A DNA stretch of 32,000 bases from Dickeya dadantii NCPPB 898 (lineage in GTDB: Bacteria > Pseudomonadota > Gammaproteobacteria > Enterobacterales > Enterobacteriaceae). This document shows, in pieces, positions 11,346 to 20,748 of this stretch. The stretch covers positions 2,383,543 to 2,415,542 of the forward strand of contig NZ_CM001976.1 in NCBI RefSeq assembly GCF_000406145.1, read 5' to 3'. The notes beneath the pieces were generated by a model. It was not told where the DNA came from, did no database searches, and saw only the letters and a program-made list of their open reading frames with translations. Position 1 is the first letter of the stretch, and each line of letters opens with the position of its first letter. The position numbers were made by a program, and so were the translations under genes.

Positions 11346-12734
11346 CTAATTCGTTTTATTACCGGTGGCCGCGTTTATTCCGGTTTTATTTATTACAGGC
11401 GCAGATTGAAACCAGGCAGCCAATTGCATCATATCCTGCTCATTCAGCGTTCCGGCGGTATAGCGCAAATTCAGCCAGGCCTGTAACCAGCGATATTTGA
11501 CTTCCGTCAGCTCGCGGCGGGCGTTATACCACTCCTGTTCCGCCATCAGCACGTCCAGATTGATGCGCTCGCCGCCGGCGACGCTCTGCCGCGTCGCGCG
11601 GATCGCTTCCTCAGCGGCGGCCACGCTCATCTGCCAGGCTCGGATTTTGGCGGCCCCATTGGCGCACAGGTTGAACTGACGGCGTAATTCCGCAAAGGTC
11701 TGCCGGGTCTGGTTATCCAGCTCCGCCTGACTTTGCTGGTATTCCGCCGCTGCCTGACGCATCGAGGCCGAAACGGCGCCGCCGGAATACAGCGGCACGC
11801 GCACCTGCAAACCGACGGTCTGGGTGTCGTATTTCTGGTTGTAGTTGTATTCAGACTCCGACAAGCTGTTGCGGGTGGACGCCACCAAATCCAATGTCGG
11901 CAGATGGCCGGCGCGATTACGCTCAATTTCGTAGCGGCTGTAATCGACGTTTTCACGCTGTACCGCCAGCTTTGCGTTGTGCCGCACCGTCAGTTCGCGC
12001 CACTGCGACAGCGAGCGATTTTCGGTGACATTATCCGGCAACGTATCCAGCGCCAACGGCGACAGATCCTGAATTTGCAACGGCGAACCCATCATGTTTT
12101 CCAGATCGGTCATAGCGGCATCCAGCGTATCTTCCTGTTCGATACGCTGGGCTTCAGTGACGGTGTAACGCGCCTCCGTTTCCCGCAGGTCGGTTTGCGT
12201 GCCTTCCCCCGCCGCCAATAAGCGACGGTTCAGCGCCAACTGCTCCTGATAGGCACGGCGCTGCGCATCCAGCAGCATCAATTTCTCCTGCGCCAGCAAT
12301 GCCTCGCTCCAGGACTGGTACAAACGCACCATCAGGTCCTGACTGCGATCGCGAAATCGCTGATCGGCCATCAGTTTGCGGGTGACGCCCTGCTGGTAGC
12401 GCGCCCAGGCGGCATAGTCCAGCAGCGGCTGACGCAGCGTCAACGTCGATACGTAGTTATCGTAGTCACGTTTAGTCGTGTTATTCAGCGTCCGATCGCG
12501 TTGCGTCACCTTGGAATGACTGTAATTAGCGCCATAGGTATATTGCAGCGACGGCAGCAACCCGGCGCGGCCGATCGCCACCTCTTCCTGCCCGGCGTCT
12601 CGTTCGAAACCGGCCGCCCGCAGCTGTGCGTCATTACGCAGCGCCAGTTCCCATGCATCCAGCAGCCCCATCGCCTGGGCGCTGCCGCCCGACAGAGATA
12701 ACACGACCGTCAGTAGTACCGCTTTCCTTCGCAT
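11346..12734 (-). CDS. prtF: Type I secretion outer-membrane factor (TolC family)
   Basis: 462 aa with signal peptide MRRKAVLLTVVLSLSGGSAQA and the duplicated TolC-like coiled/beta repeat pattern. It starts 12 bp after the prtE stop. Confidence 0.92.
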   Translation of the reverse strand: MRRKAVLLTVVLSLSGGSAQAMGLLDAWELALRNDAQLRAAGFERDAGQEEVAIGRAGLLPSLQYTYGANYSHSKVTQRDRTLNNTTKRDYDNYVSTLTLRQPLLDYAAWARYQQGVTRKLMADQRFRDRSQDLMVRLYQSWSEALLAQEKLMLLDAQRRAYQEQLALNRRLLAAGEGTQTDLRETEARYTVTEAQRIEQEDTLDAAMTDLENMMGSPLQIQDLSPLALDTLPDNVTENRSLSQWRELTVRHNAKLAVQRENVDYSRYEIERNRAGHLPTLDLVASTRNSLSESEYNYNQKYDTQTVGLQVRVPLYSGGAVSASMRQAAAEYQQSQAELDNQTRQTFAELRRQFNLCANGAAKIRAWQMSVAAAEEAIRATRQSVAGGERINLDVLMAEQEWYNARRELTEVKYRWLQAWLNLRYTAGTLNEQDMMQLAAWFQSAPVINKTGINAATGNKTN

Positions 12735-12746
12735 TGCTTCCTTCCG

Positions 12747-14093
12747 TTACTCTTCCGTCAACGCCAGATGCATGCGATCCATCAGGGGTTTAAACAGATA
12801 ATTGATAAACGAACGCTCTCCGGTGCGGACAAACCCCTGCACCGGCATACCAGGTTTAATTTCCAGCCCGTGCAACGAACGCTTGCCTTCTTCGCTCACC
12901 TGAATGCGCAAACCGTAGTACGGCGTGCCGTCCTTTTCGTCCACCAGCCGGTCAGCGGAAAGCAGGGTCACCGTTCCCGGCACTCGCGGCGTGGTGCTTT
13001 GGCTAAACGCGGTGAACTGCAGTTCCACCGGCAGCCCGGACCACACCTTGTCCACCATTTCCACCGGAATGCGCCCATCCACCAGCAGCGGCTGGTCTTC
13101 GGGAACGATGTCCATCATGACCTGCCCGGGGGCGATCACCCCGCCTTCGGTGAAGATCTTCATATCCACCACGGTGCCGGCAACCGGTGCACGGACCTGC
13201 ACGTTGGCCAGATTGAAATCCGCCTTCTCGCGCTGACTGATCACCTCATTCAGTTTGGCCTGTACGTCGGACAATTCGCTGTTGACCTCTTTGTCGTATT
13301 CCTGCTGACGCTGGGCGATGCGCAATTTTTGCTGCTGAATATCACGCCGGGTTCGCCCTACCTCGCCGCTGGTCTGGGCCAGTTCGCCGCTGACCTGCGC
13401 AAACAAGCGCTCCGTTTCCAGCATCTTATTACGCGGAACATAGTTATCCGCCGCCAGCGGCCGCAGTCCCTGCAACTGCTGGCTCAACGTCGCCTGCTCG
13501 GACTGTTTGCTGCTCATCACCTTTTGCAATGCGCCAAGCGACGTCTCCAGGCCATCGATGCTGGCGCGCACTCCGTCTATTTCCAGCTTTAGCGACTGCT
13601 GCCGGCTACGCAATAGATCTTCCTGCAACGCAATGATGGCGGCCATTTCCGGCCGCTGGCGCGCCTGAGTCAGCCGGGGCGTCGCCGCCAGCGACGATTG
13701 ATTACGTTGTTCCGCCAGCAGTCGGGCTTCACGAGCAATCAATTGATCGTATTGGGAGCCCAGCCCTTCGCTGGTGGTACGGGCATCTACCGCATTCAGC
13801 GTCAGCAACACCTGACCCGCGGCAACGCGGTCGCCGTCTTTCACCTGAATCCGGTCGACAATGCCGCCCTGCATGTGTTGGATCACCTTGCGATTACCGG
13901 ACACCACCACATTGCCTTGCACCGCCACCCCTTTATCCAACGGCGCCAGCAAGGCCCACAGCAGAAAACCGCCAAAACCGGCGAGCACCAGCCACCAGCC
14001 CAGCCGTAACGCGCGCTCTTCATCCCGGCTGGCGCGATCGCGCATTGCTGCTTCGTTCAATTCATCCTGAGTGGTTATATCCATGCCTGTCAT
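12747..14093 (-). CDS. prtE: Type I secretion membrane fusion protein (HlyD family)
   Basis: N-terminal TM helix (LGWWLVLAGFGGFLLWALLAPL), a long coiled-coil middle and a HlyD-type lipoyl/beta-barrel C-terminus. ATG at 14093 (the GTG at 14096 is also possible), about 10 bp after the prtD stop. Confidence 0.92.
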   Translation of the reverse strand: MTGMDITTQDELNEAAMRDRASRDEERALRLGWWLVLAGFGGFLLWALLAPLDKGVAVQGNVVVSGNRKVIQHMQGGIVDRIQVKDGDRVAAGQVLLTLNAVDARTTSEGLGSQYDQLIAREARLLAEQRNQSSLAATPRLTQARQRPEMAAIIALQEDLLRSRQQSLKLEIDGVRASIDGLETSLGALQKVMSSKQSEQATLSQQLQGLRPLAADNYVPRNKMLETERLFAQVSGELAQTSGEVGRTRRDIQQQKLRIAQRQQEYDKEVNSELSDVQAKLNEVISQREKADFNLANVQVRAPVAGTVVDMKIFTEGGVIAPGQVMMDIVPEDQPLLVDGRIPVEMVDKVWSGLPVELQFTAFSQSTTPRVPGTVTLLSADRLVDEKDGTPYYGLRIQVSEEGKRSLHGLEIKPGMPVQGFVRTGERSFINYLFKPLMDRMHLALTEE

Positions 14094-14106
14094 CACGAGA
14101 TCCCTG

Positions 14107-15834
14107 TCATTGCGGCATTGCGGCCGTGGGGTTCATCCGGGCCTGATTGGCGGCGCTGCGCTGTTGCAGTTCCGTCAGCACATCCCGCGCCAGTCCCATA
14201 CGCTGCTGCTGGCCCTCATGGAGGATCAGAATTTTTTGCGCCAGCGTCGTCAGCGCCGGGCGATGGGTAATCAACACCACGGTGGCGCCGCGTTTCTGCA
14301 ACGCGACAATCGCCTGCATCAAGGCCTGATCGCCTTCGCTGTCAAGGCTGGCGTTCGGTTCATCCAGAATCAGCAGGCAAGGATCGCCGTACATGGCACG
14401 CGCCAGACCGATACGCTGCCGCTGGCCGCCGGACAAACCGCCGCCGCCATCGCCCAATTCGGTGTCATAGCCATTGGGTAGCGACAAAATCAGTTCATGT
14501 ACCCCCGCCAGTTTTGCGGCCGCCACCACTTTTTCCGGATCGGCATCGCCAAAACGGGCGATGTTTTCCGCCAGCGAGCCCTTAAACAGCTGCACATCCT
14601 GCGGCAAATAGCCGATGGTCGGACCAAACGTGTTTTTGTCCACCTGATTCAAATCAGCGCCATCCAGACGCACTTTGCCTTGCGTCGGCGACTGCGCGCC
14701 GACCAGCAAGCGCGCCAGCGAGGATTTACCGGAACCGGACGCGCCGAGAATCACCAGCGTTTCGCCAGCCTGCAACGAGAAATGGATGTTCTGCAGTCGG
14801 GTATTGCCCTGCGCCGTGCGCAGCGACACCTGTTCCACACTGAGATGCCCTTCCGGCGCAGGCAGCGCCATTGCCGCCGGGCGCGGCGGATAGGCGGCGA
14901 TCAGCCGGGTCAGGCGCTGCCAGGCAATGCGCGCGCTGCTCCACTGTTTCCATACCCCGATTAACTGATCGATCGGGCTCAGTACCCGGCCAACCAGAAT
15001 CGAACCGGCGATCATCATCCCCGGCGTGATCTTGCCGTCGATCGCCAGCAATGCTCCCAGCCCCAGCATCAACGACTGCAACGCAATACGGCTGTATTTG
15101 GACGCACCGCCTACCGCGGCGGCACGCTCGCTGGCCAGATTCTGCAGGGAAATAAAACGGTAATGACGCGCCAGCCAGCGCCGACGCAGGTTGCCCAGCA
15201 TCCCCATTGCTTCAATAACGTCGGCATTGCGCAACTGAGCGTCAGCCAGATGGGTCGCCTGTTGCGATTGCTGATTGGCTTCCGCCAGCGGTTGATTGGT
15301 CAGATGCTGGTTCAGCCAGGCCAACGCCACCAGCACCACGGTGCCGCCCAGCGCCAGCATCCCCAGCCAGGGGTGCAGCAAAAACAGCACCAGCAAAAAC
15401 AGCGGAAACCAGGGCACATCGAAGAAGGCGAACAGCGCATTGCCGGTGATGAACTGGCGCAGCAGCGTCAGGTCGGTCAGCGCCAGCCCGGCGCGGCCAT
15501 CGCCGGCCTCCAGATTACGGGCGAAGGCCGCATTGAAGACATCCTGATTGAGCGCCAGATCGATACGGGTGCCCAGCCTCACCACCAACAGACTACGAAC
15601 CCACTCCAGCGCGCCCATAAAGGCGCACAGTCCCGCCATCAGCAACGTCAGCATCAGCAGGGTTATACCGTTGCCGGACGCCAGCACCCGGTCATACACC
15701 TGCAGCATATATACCGAAGGCGCCAGCATCAGCACATTGATGACGGCGCTGAAAATCCCGACGCTCCAGAAACTGCGGCGGAACTGGCGCAGCACGCCGA
15801 ACAACGAACGATCTCGCTCAGAGGAAGCATTCAC
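14107..15834 (-). CDS. prtD: Type I secretion ABC transporter (ATPase/permease)
   Basis: 575 aa with an N-terminal 6-TM domain, Walker [13 protein letters not shown] signature LSGGQRQR and Walker B LLILDEP. Confidence 0.95.
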   Translation of the reverse strand: MNASSERDRSLFGVLRQFRRSFWSVGIFSAVINVLMLAPSVYMLQVYDRVLASGNGITLLMLTLLMAGLCAFMGALEWVRSLLVVRLGTRIDLALNQDVFNAAFARNLEAGDGRAGLALTDLTLLRQFITGNALFAFFDVPWFPLFLLVLFLLHPWLGMLALGGTVVLVALAWLNQHLTNQPLAEANQQSQQATHLADAQLRNADVIEAMGMLGNLRRRWLARHYRFISLQNLASERAAAVGGASKYSRIALQSLMLGLGALLAIDGKITPGMMIAGSILVGRVLSPIDQLIGVWKQWSSARIAWQRLTRLIAAYPPRPAAMALPAPEGHLSVEQVSLRTAQGNTRLQNIHFSLQAGETLVILGASGSGKSSLARLLVGAQSPTQGKVRLDGADLNQVDKNTFGPTIGYLPQDVQLFKGSLAENIARFGDADPEKVVAAAKLAGVHELILSLPNGYDTELGDGGGGLSGGQRQRIGLARAMYGDPCLLILDEPNASLDSEGDQALMQAIVALQKRGATVVLITHRPALTTLAQKILILHEGQQQRMGLARDVLTELQQRSAANQARMNPTAAMPQ

Positions 15835-15850
15835 GGCAGGGCTCTCTCCC

Positions 15851-16213
15851 TTAGGCTTTCTTTTTCAGGGTGCGAACGCTGCCGTCAACCAGCTTATGTT
15901 CGTAGCGATCGCGGTTGCGGCTGAAAAACGCCACCGCCGAGCCGTCTGCCTGCGTCAACGTCAAGCCGTCGGGCGTCGGCCGCCAACCGACCGGCGCTTC
16001 CGGCAGCAATTTTTGCAGGCACGCGCTGTCGCCAGCCAGCTTCCAGGTCGTGCCGTCAAGCACATCGGTGTTCAACCGGATATCACAGTGCTGCTCTGCG
16101 CCGCTCAATACCCACTGCCCGCTCAGTTCCGCCGCGGACGGCAATCTCAGACTGCTCGCCATACATCCTCCACTCAGTGCACTCAATAATGTCGCAATAA
16201 TAAGCTGTTTCAT
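15851..16213 (-). CDS. inh: Periplasmic serralysin inhibitor (Inh/AprI family)
   Basis: 120 aa with signal peptide [19 protein letters not shown] and a small beta-barrel-like mature part. It is the first gene of the inh-prtDEF unit, 16 bp upstream of prtD, as in E. chrysanthemi. Confidence 0.88.
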   Translation of the reverse strand: MKQLIIATLLSALSGGCMASSLRLPSAAELSGQWVLSGAEQHCDIRLNTDVLDGTTWKLAGDSACLQKLLPEAPVGWRPTPDGLTLTQADGSAVAFFSRNRDRYEHKLVDGSVRTLKKKA

Positions 16214-16334
16214 GATATTCCCATCATTCGGTCATCAGTGAACGCGTTTAATAATTGAAACCATCTGGTTAAATATGTTGATAACGGCAGGCATATTTCC
16301 GATAAGAGAAAACACCTGCCGTTATTCAACAAAC

Positions 16335-16364
16335 CCGAAAATAGCGGGAGCGTTCCCGTTATTT
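16335..16364 (-). terminator. Candidate rho-independent terminator of prtG
   Basis: On the minus strand, directly after the stop, aauaacggga acgc ucccgcuauu (one mismatch) is followed by uucggguuug. Confidence 0.6.
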
Positions 16365-17798
16365 TTAAACAATAACATCCGACGGTTGTAATGCCGCACC
16401 GACAATGTTGACCAGAAAATCAGCCGTCTCGTGCCCGCTTAAATGCAACCACATATTGGTTTGATGAGACTGACTATCCCAATTCAACACCACTTCGTTT
16501 CCTTTTCCCGAGAAATTATCCACAAAGCGAAGATCATGATTTTTATTAAATGCAGATAAATCGATCCGGTCTTCGCCACGCTGGAAATCGGTAATGGTAT
16601 CCGGCGCCGACGATAGCGAATCCTTTTCCCAGGCATAAACAAAAATGTCTTTACCGGCGCCACCGGTTAAAATATCAGCGCCGCCATCGCCATAAAGCAC
16701 ATCATTGCCGGCACCGCCGTCAATACGATTATCAGACAGATTACCCACAATCACATCATGGCCTGAACCGCCAATCGCGTTTTCAATCACCGCGCCCGCG
16801 GCGATGGAAACATTGCCTTTTAGCCCGCCGACATCCGAGAAGGTGCCGCTAATCAGGCTAATACGCTGATTCGCGCTGTAACCGGAGAAATCAAAGGTAT
16901 CGTTGCCGCCGGCATCCCAAACGGAAAATATCAGCGGCGTTTTGCTGTCTGTCGCGGTATAAAAATCACGACCACTATTGGAATGAAACCCGTATACCGT
17001 ATCGCCCGTGCGGGTCGACATATTGGCGCCATACAATTTTTGAATGGCTGCAATATCATCCATCAGCGGCGCGGCGGCATGATAGCCATGAAAATCGCCG
17101 CCGGTGTACCCTTCATTCCAGTAGCTCATAATACTGAATTGGCGGGTATCCTCCGCGTAGGTCACGTCTTTATAGCCCGGATTACCGTCGGAAGCGTCAT
17201 AATCTCCAGGATGATACAGCCCCAGCGTATGGCCGATTTCATGCGTCAGCGTATTACGGCCAAATTCATTGATATCCGGCCGCTGATTGTCGGCCTGATT
17301 ATAATTAAACCAGGCTGAGCCGGCCCATTTCCAATTGCCGGGATAAAAACCGAACGCCTGGCTGTTGTTATCCGTATTGCCGTCCGGGGTTAATGTATAG
17401 TTGCCAAACTGAATGGTGGCGCGCTCACCATCCTTAGCTTCGCTAAATGTGACGTTCGCCACATCAGCCCAGGATTGCAATGCCAGTTTGGTCTGTTGAA
17501 TCTGCGCGGCATTAAATTTGACAAAGCCTTTGAAATTATCAGGCATGTCGCTATCAGCGACCGACTGAAGAAAAGAGTAAGTCAGCGCGGCGGATTTACC
17601 GAAAACCTTTTCGCCATTCCAGGTAATATTGCCGCGGGTGATTTGATCGCGGGCCTGCTCCAACGTATAGGACGGCTTATCGCCGATGTTGCCATTGCCG
17701 CGGGCGTGGTAATGCCATAATTGATAGACATCCGCCACGCCGGTATAGCCACCGGATGATGCGGAAGAAAGATCGGTCTTCTTTCCATATAAAGCCAT
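16365..17798 (-). CDS. prtG: Serralysin-family secreted zinc metalloprotease (most divergent paralog)
   Basis: HEIGHTLGLYHP, SIMSYW, GGxGxD repeats and the C-terminal signal ...SDVIV. Start chosen at MALYGKKTDL, preceded by GGAGGAAATGTT; the track start at 17843 is 15 codons longer and lacks an SD. Confidence 0.9.
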   Translation of the reverse strand: MALYGKKTDLSSASSGGYTGVADVYQLWHYHARGNGNIGDKPSYTLEQARDQITRGNITWNGEKVFGKSAALTYSFLQSVADSDMPDNFKGFVKFNAAQIQQTKLALQSWADVANVTFSEAKDGERATIQFGNYTLTPDGNTDNNSQAFGFYPGNWKWAGSAWFNYNQADNQRPDINEFGRNTLTHEIGHTLGLYHPGDYDASDGNPGYKDVTYAEDTRQFSIMSYWNEGYTGGDFHGYHAAAPLMDDIAAIQKLYGANMSTRTGDTVYGFHSNSGRDFYTATDSKTPLIFSVWDAGGNDTFDFSGYSANQRISLISGTFSDVGGLKGNVSIAAGAVIENAIGGSGHDVIVGNLSDNRIDGGAGNDVLYGDGGADILTGGAGKDIFVYAWEKDSLSSAPDTITDFQRGEDRIDLSAFNKNHDLRFVDNFSGKGNEVVLNWDSQSHQTNMWLHLSGHETADFLVNIVGAALQPSDVIV

Positions 17799-17899
17799 AA
17801 CATTTCCTCCATGAAATTCGTCTTTATACCCGTAATACTTCAAATTGTAGATATGTTGGCAACACCGCGACTAAACACGAGTCTATTCACTGTTTACCC

Positions 17900-17930
17900 T
17901 ATTCACTTTTTGTCCTATTGAAAGTGAATA
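17900..17930. promoter_or_regulatory. 10-bp perfect inverted repeat in the prtG upstream region (candidate operator)
   Basis: tattcacttt (17900-17909) and aaagtgaata (17921-17930) are separated by 11 bp. The half-site ctattcac also occurs at 17883-17890. The element lies about 100-130 bp upstream of the prtG start. Confidence 0.3.
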
Positions 17931-18102
17931 CGCCTTGTGATGCATTAATCAGCTTGAAATGCGGCATAGACTGACAACACAGACAGGTTAGTAAAACAGA
18001 AATAAAATGACAAGATTCTGTCAGGAAAATCGACGTTTTATTACCTTGCGTTCAGACTACGAAAAAAAACCAGACAGAACATTGAGGAAGGGGAAATTGG
18101 CA

Positions 18103-18138
18103 GAATAAAAAGTGGCGCATCTGTCGCCAGCGCGCCAC
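18103..18138 (-). terminator. Rho-independent terminator of qorB
   Basis: On the minus strand, gtggcgc, a 13-nt loop and gcgccac are followed by tttttatt, about 25 nt after the stop. Confidence 0.7.
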
Positions 18139-18162
18139 GGTATTTAATAACATGAAAAAAAA

Positions 18163-19020
18163 TTACAGCGATGCCAGCGTACCGCGGATAACCTCGGCAT
18201 AGGGCGTTGTCGAGCGCCCCAGCAACGTCGTCAGCGCGTTCTTATCATCAAACAGTCCGCCTTTTTCCGCACCGGCGTCGGAGTCCGCCAGCATATCGGC
18301 CAGAAAGTCCGGTAATCCCGCACCTTTCAGCGCGTTGGCGAAATCAGCCTGGGACAGGTTGATATACTGCACCGGTTTACCGCTTTGCTTCGCAACTTCC
18401 GCGGTAAACTCCGCCAGCGTGTAGCTGTGATCGCCGGCCAGCTCGTAAATCTTCCCTTCCTGACCATGCAGTTGCAGCACTATTGCCGCCGCTTGCGCAT
18501 AGTCGCCGCGCGCCGCGGAAGCAATGCGACCTTCGCCGGCGGCGCCGATAAACGCGCTGTGCGCCAGAGCCGGCGCGATGCTGGCGGCATAGTTTTCGGT
18601 ATACCAGCCGTTACGCAAAATAACATGAGGGATGCCGGAGGTGCGTAGCGCACTCTCGGTCGCCAGATGCTCGGCCGCCAGCCCCAGCGACGAGGTATCC
18701 GCGTGCAGCAGGCTGGTATAGGCAATCAGCCCGACACCGGCTTTTTTCGCCGCGTCAATTACTGCCTTGTGCTGGGTTTCGCGCTTGCCGACTTCACTTG
18801 ATGAGATCAACAGCAATTTGTCTACCCCGTTCAGCGCGCTGACCAGCGTCTCCGGCCGATCATAATCACCGTGTCGCACATGAATCCCCTGCGCGGCCAG
18901 AGCGCTGGCCTTGGCAGGGTCGCGCACCACCGCAACGATCTGTTCTGCCGGCACCGATTTCACCAGCGAATCAATCACCAGACGGCCCAGTTGGCCGGTT
19001 GCTCCTGTAATCGCAAACAT
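18163..19020 (-). CDS. qorB: NmrA-like NAD(P)H:quinone oxidoreductase (YtfG/QorB)
   Basis: MFAITGATGQLG Rossmann motif. It is collinear over its full length with my memory of E. coli YtfG (LLLISSSEVG, AYTSLLHADTS, LRNGWYxENY, LADMLADSDxGAxKGGLFDD). ATG at 19020 is preceded by AGGAG. Confidence 0.85.
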   Translation of the reverse strand: MFAITGATGQLGRLVIDSLVKSVPAEQIVAVVRDPAKASALAAQGIHVRHGDYDRPETLVSALNGVDKLLLISSSEVGKRETQHKAVIDAAKKAGVGLIAYTSLLHADTSSLGLAAEHLATESALRTSGIPHVILRNGWYTENYAASIAPALAHSAFIGAAGEGRIASAARGDYAQAAAIVLQLHGQEGKIYELAGDHSYTLAEFTAEVAKQSGKPVQYINLSQADFANALKGAGLPDFLADMLADSDAGAEKGGLFDDKNALTTLLGRSTTPYAEVIRGTLASL

Positions 19021-19429
19021 CACGTACTCCTGTTAATGAGAAAACCTTACGCCACGCTTCAACCCGCATGCTCTCAACGCCAGAACAGGCTGAAGCTCTT
19101 GCCAGCAGCATATGACCAAAGCTAACTTTTAGTAAGTACTAACAAAAAGGTTAGTGTTGAATAAAAATGCCGACAACATCACAGAATGCTCGCCGCCGCC
19201 TTCCAGCTGGCATGCTACCGGGTAACCTGTAAGATAATCGACCTGCCGGTTTTTTAGTTTCAGTCACATCGCACTTATGCGATATTGCTTTTTCAGAGAG
19301 CTGATGACGCAAATATTTGTCATATTTGTCACTTCTTTACGTATTTGATTCGTGATCATCAGAATTATAATCGCAGATATTGAACACGATTTTCTGCCTT
19401 GACGGTTTATCACAAAGGGTCTCTTTGGC

Positions 19430-20746
19430 GTGGCAAAATTATTTTTACGCAGTGGAAATTTAGACGATTTTCTTGCGTTGGGAGAGAACGGCCAGCCCGT
19501 TTATGCTTCGGCGCTGCAACTACGGGAGACACTGCGTCTTCGCAAACAACAGCACATCGCGGACTGTCTGGCCATCCCCCAACCCAACGAGGATGGCGAC
19601 CGCATCGACTGGTATGCGCCCTTCGCCGGCAAGATAACCTCCTGGATGGCGGCCAGCGACGAACAGCGTGAGCAGGCGTTGCTGGTGCTGGAACAGTATC
19701 TCGGCACCGTTGGCGCCATTAGCGAGCGGGCGCAGCAATCCAACAAGCCGGCACAGAAACTCTTCGGGGTATTGTTGTCGAAAGCCTTTCAGTTTCCAGG
19801 TTCCAATCATGTCTATCTGGTGGACGATAAACCGGTCATCACCTTTTGGGGATTCGTCAGCCTGGGCAAAAAATCCCGCGCTGATGTGCTGGAGTGCCTG
19901 CGCCCGGTTGAACCGGTCGACATTCCCGAGCCGGTTCCGGAACCGCTGCCGGAAGTGACCACACAGGTCGCCGAACCCGAACCGGAACAACCGCCGCCGC
20001 CGGTCGAACCGGAACCGATCGTGGTTGCCGAACCGGTCGCTCCGCCGCAAGCCGCCCCGTCGCCGCGCCGGGTCTGGACCAGCATCTGGTTGCTGGCGCC
20101 GGGCGCCGCGCTGTTGGCGACGCTGGCGTTCCAGATCCGCGGTTGCGTTTCTCAACCCGAAAACAACGCTCCGCCGGCGGTGACCGCCATCAAACCGGAA
20201 AAACGCGCGCTGAGCGCTACGCCGACGGATACGCTTCCACCGCCGAATCTGCCGTTGCAAGTAGCGACGCTGCTGACGCCGCCAGCGCTGGCTGAACAGA
20301 AGAAACCCGAAGAAAAAGCGCCGGAAGCCCCCGCCCATGTCGAGATGAGCGCCGCGCCGAAAGGCGCGCTGGTGATGCCTGCCGACGCAGTAAAAATCGG
20401 CTCCATCCGTTTCCTCGACGGCAACTGGCAGGCGGTCGTTTCCATGAAAAATCCGCTGACCGGCAAACCGCCGGTTCTCCGCTACCAGATCAAAGACGGC
20501 AAAGGCCGGGTTCGCTTTAACTACAGCGAAAAAGTCACCTGCCAGGCTGAGGTGGAAGCCGGGTTGCATCAGTCCGGCAATCTGGTGATCAACAGCCGCT
20601 ATCGGGCGCGCTGCAGCGATGGTTCCCGTTATCCGATGCCGGAAATCGTCTGCACCCGGCAAGAATCGAGCGAGGCCGCAGAATGTAAAGGCCGCTACGA
20701 TGCCGACACAGAGCTACCGATGACGATTAAGCGTGAGAGCAAATAA
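19430..20746 (+). CDS. srfA: SrfA-family protein, predicted bitopic membrane protein
   Basis: The N-terminus MAKLFLRSGNLDDFLALGENGQPVYASALQLRETLRLRKQQ matches my memory of the SrfA family. It has a Pro/Glu-rich linker (aa 158-212), one TM helix (VWTSIWLLAPGAALLATLAFQI, aa 215-236) and a C-terminal domain with 4 Cys. GTG start; no upstream in-frame ATG. Confidence 0.75.
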   Translation: MAKLFLRSGNLDDFLALGENGQPVYASALQLRETLRLRKQQHIADCLAIPQPNEDGDRIDWYAPFAGKITSWMAASDEQREQALLVLEQYLGTVGAISERAQQSNKPAQKLFGVLLSKAFQFPGSNHVYLVDDKPVITFWGFVSLGKKSRADVLECLRPVEPVDIPEPVPEPLPEVTTQVAEPEPEQPPPPVEPEPIVVAEPVAPPQAAPSPRRVWTSIWLLAPGAALLATLAFQIRGCVSQPENNAPPAVTAIKPEKRALSATPTDTLPPPNLPLQVATLLTPPALAEQKKPEEKAPEAPAHVEMSAAPKGALVMPADAVKIGSIRFLDGNWQAVVSMKNPLTGKPPVLRYQIKDGKGRVRFNYSEKVTCQAEVEAGLHQSGNLVINSRYRARCSDGSRYPMPEIVCTRQESSEAAECKGRYDADTELPMTIKRESK

Positions 20747-20748
20747 CC

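Noticed and set aside
14497-15924. Plus-strand ORFs antisense to prtD (15163-15924, 14497-14964) and prtE (12768-13592), 27629-28471 antisense to the GMC gene, and 30906-31766 antisense to the IMPase gene
   Set aside because: They are antisense to genes with clear Walker/ABC, HlyD, FAD-binding or IMPase motifs, and their translations are Arg/Gln/His-rich with no features.
17936-17953. CRP-like site TGTGATGCATTAATCA upstream of prtG
   Set aside because: Only the left half-site matches TGTGA; the right half (AATCA) matches TCACA at 3/5. This is too weak to call.
19520-20662. 380-aa minus-strand ORF antisense to srfA, plus 22108-23337 (409 aa) and 20848-21552 (234 aa) antisense to srfB and 24747-25415 antisense to srfC
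   Set aside because: The translations are Arg/Gly/Gln-rich and low-complexity with no recognisable domains. They mirror strongly supported, tightly coupled plus-strand genes and are a typical GC-rich antisense artefact.
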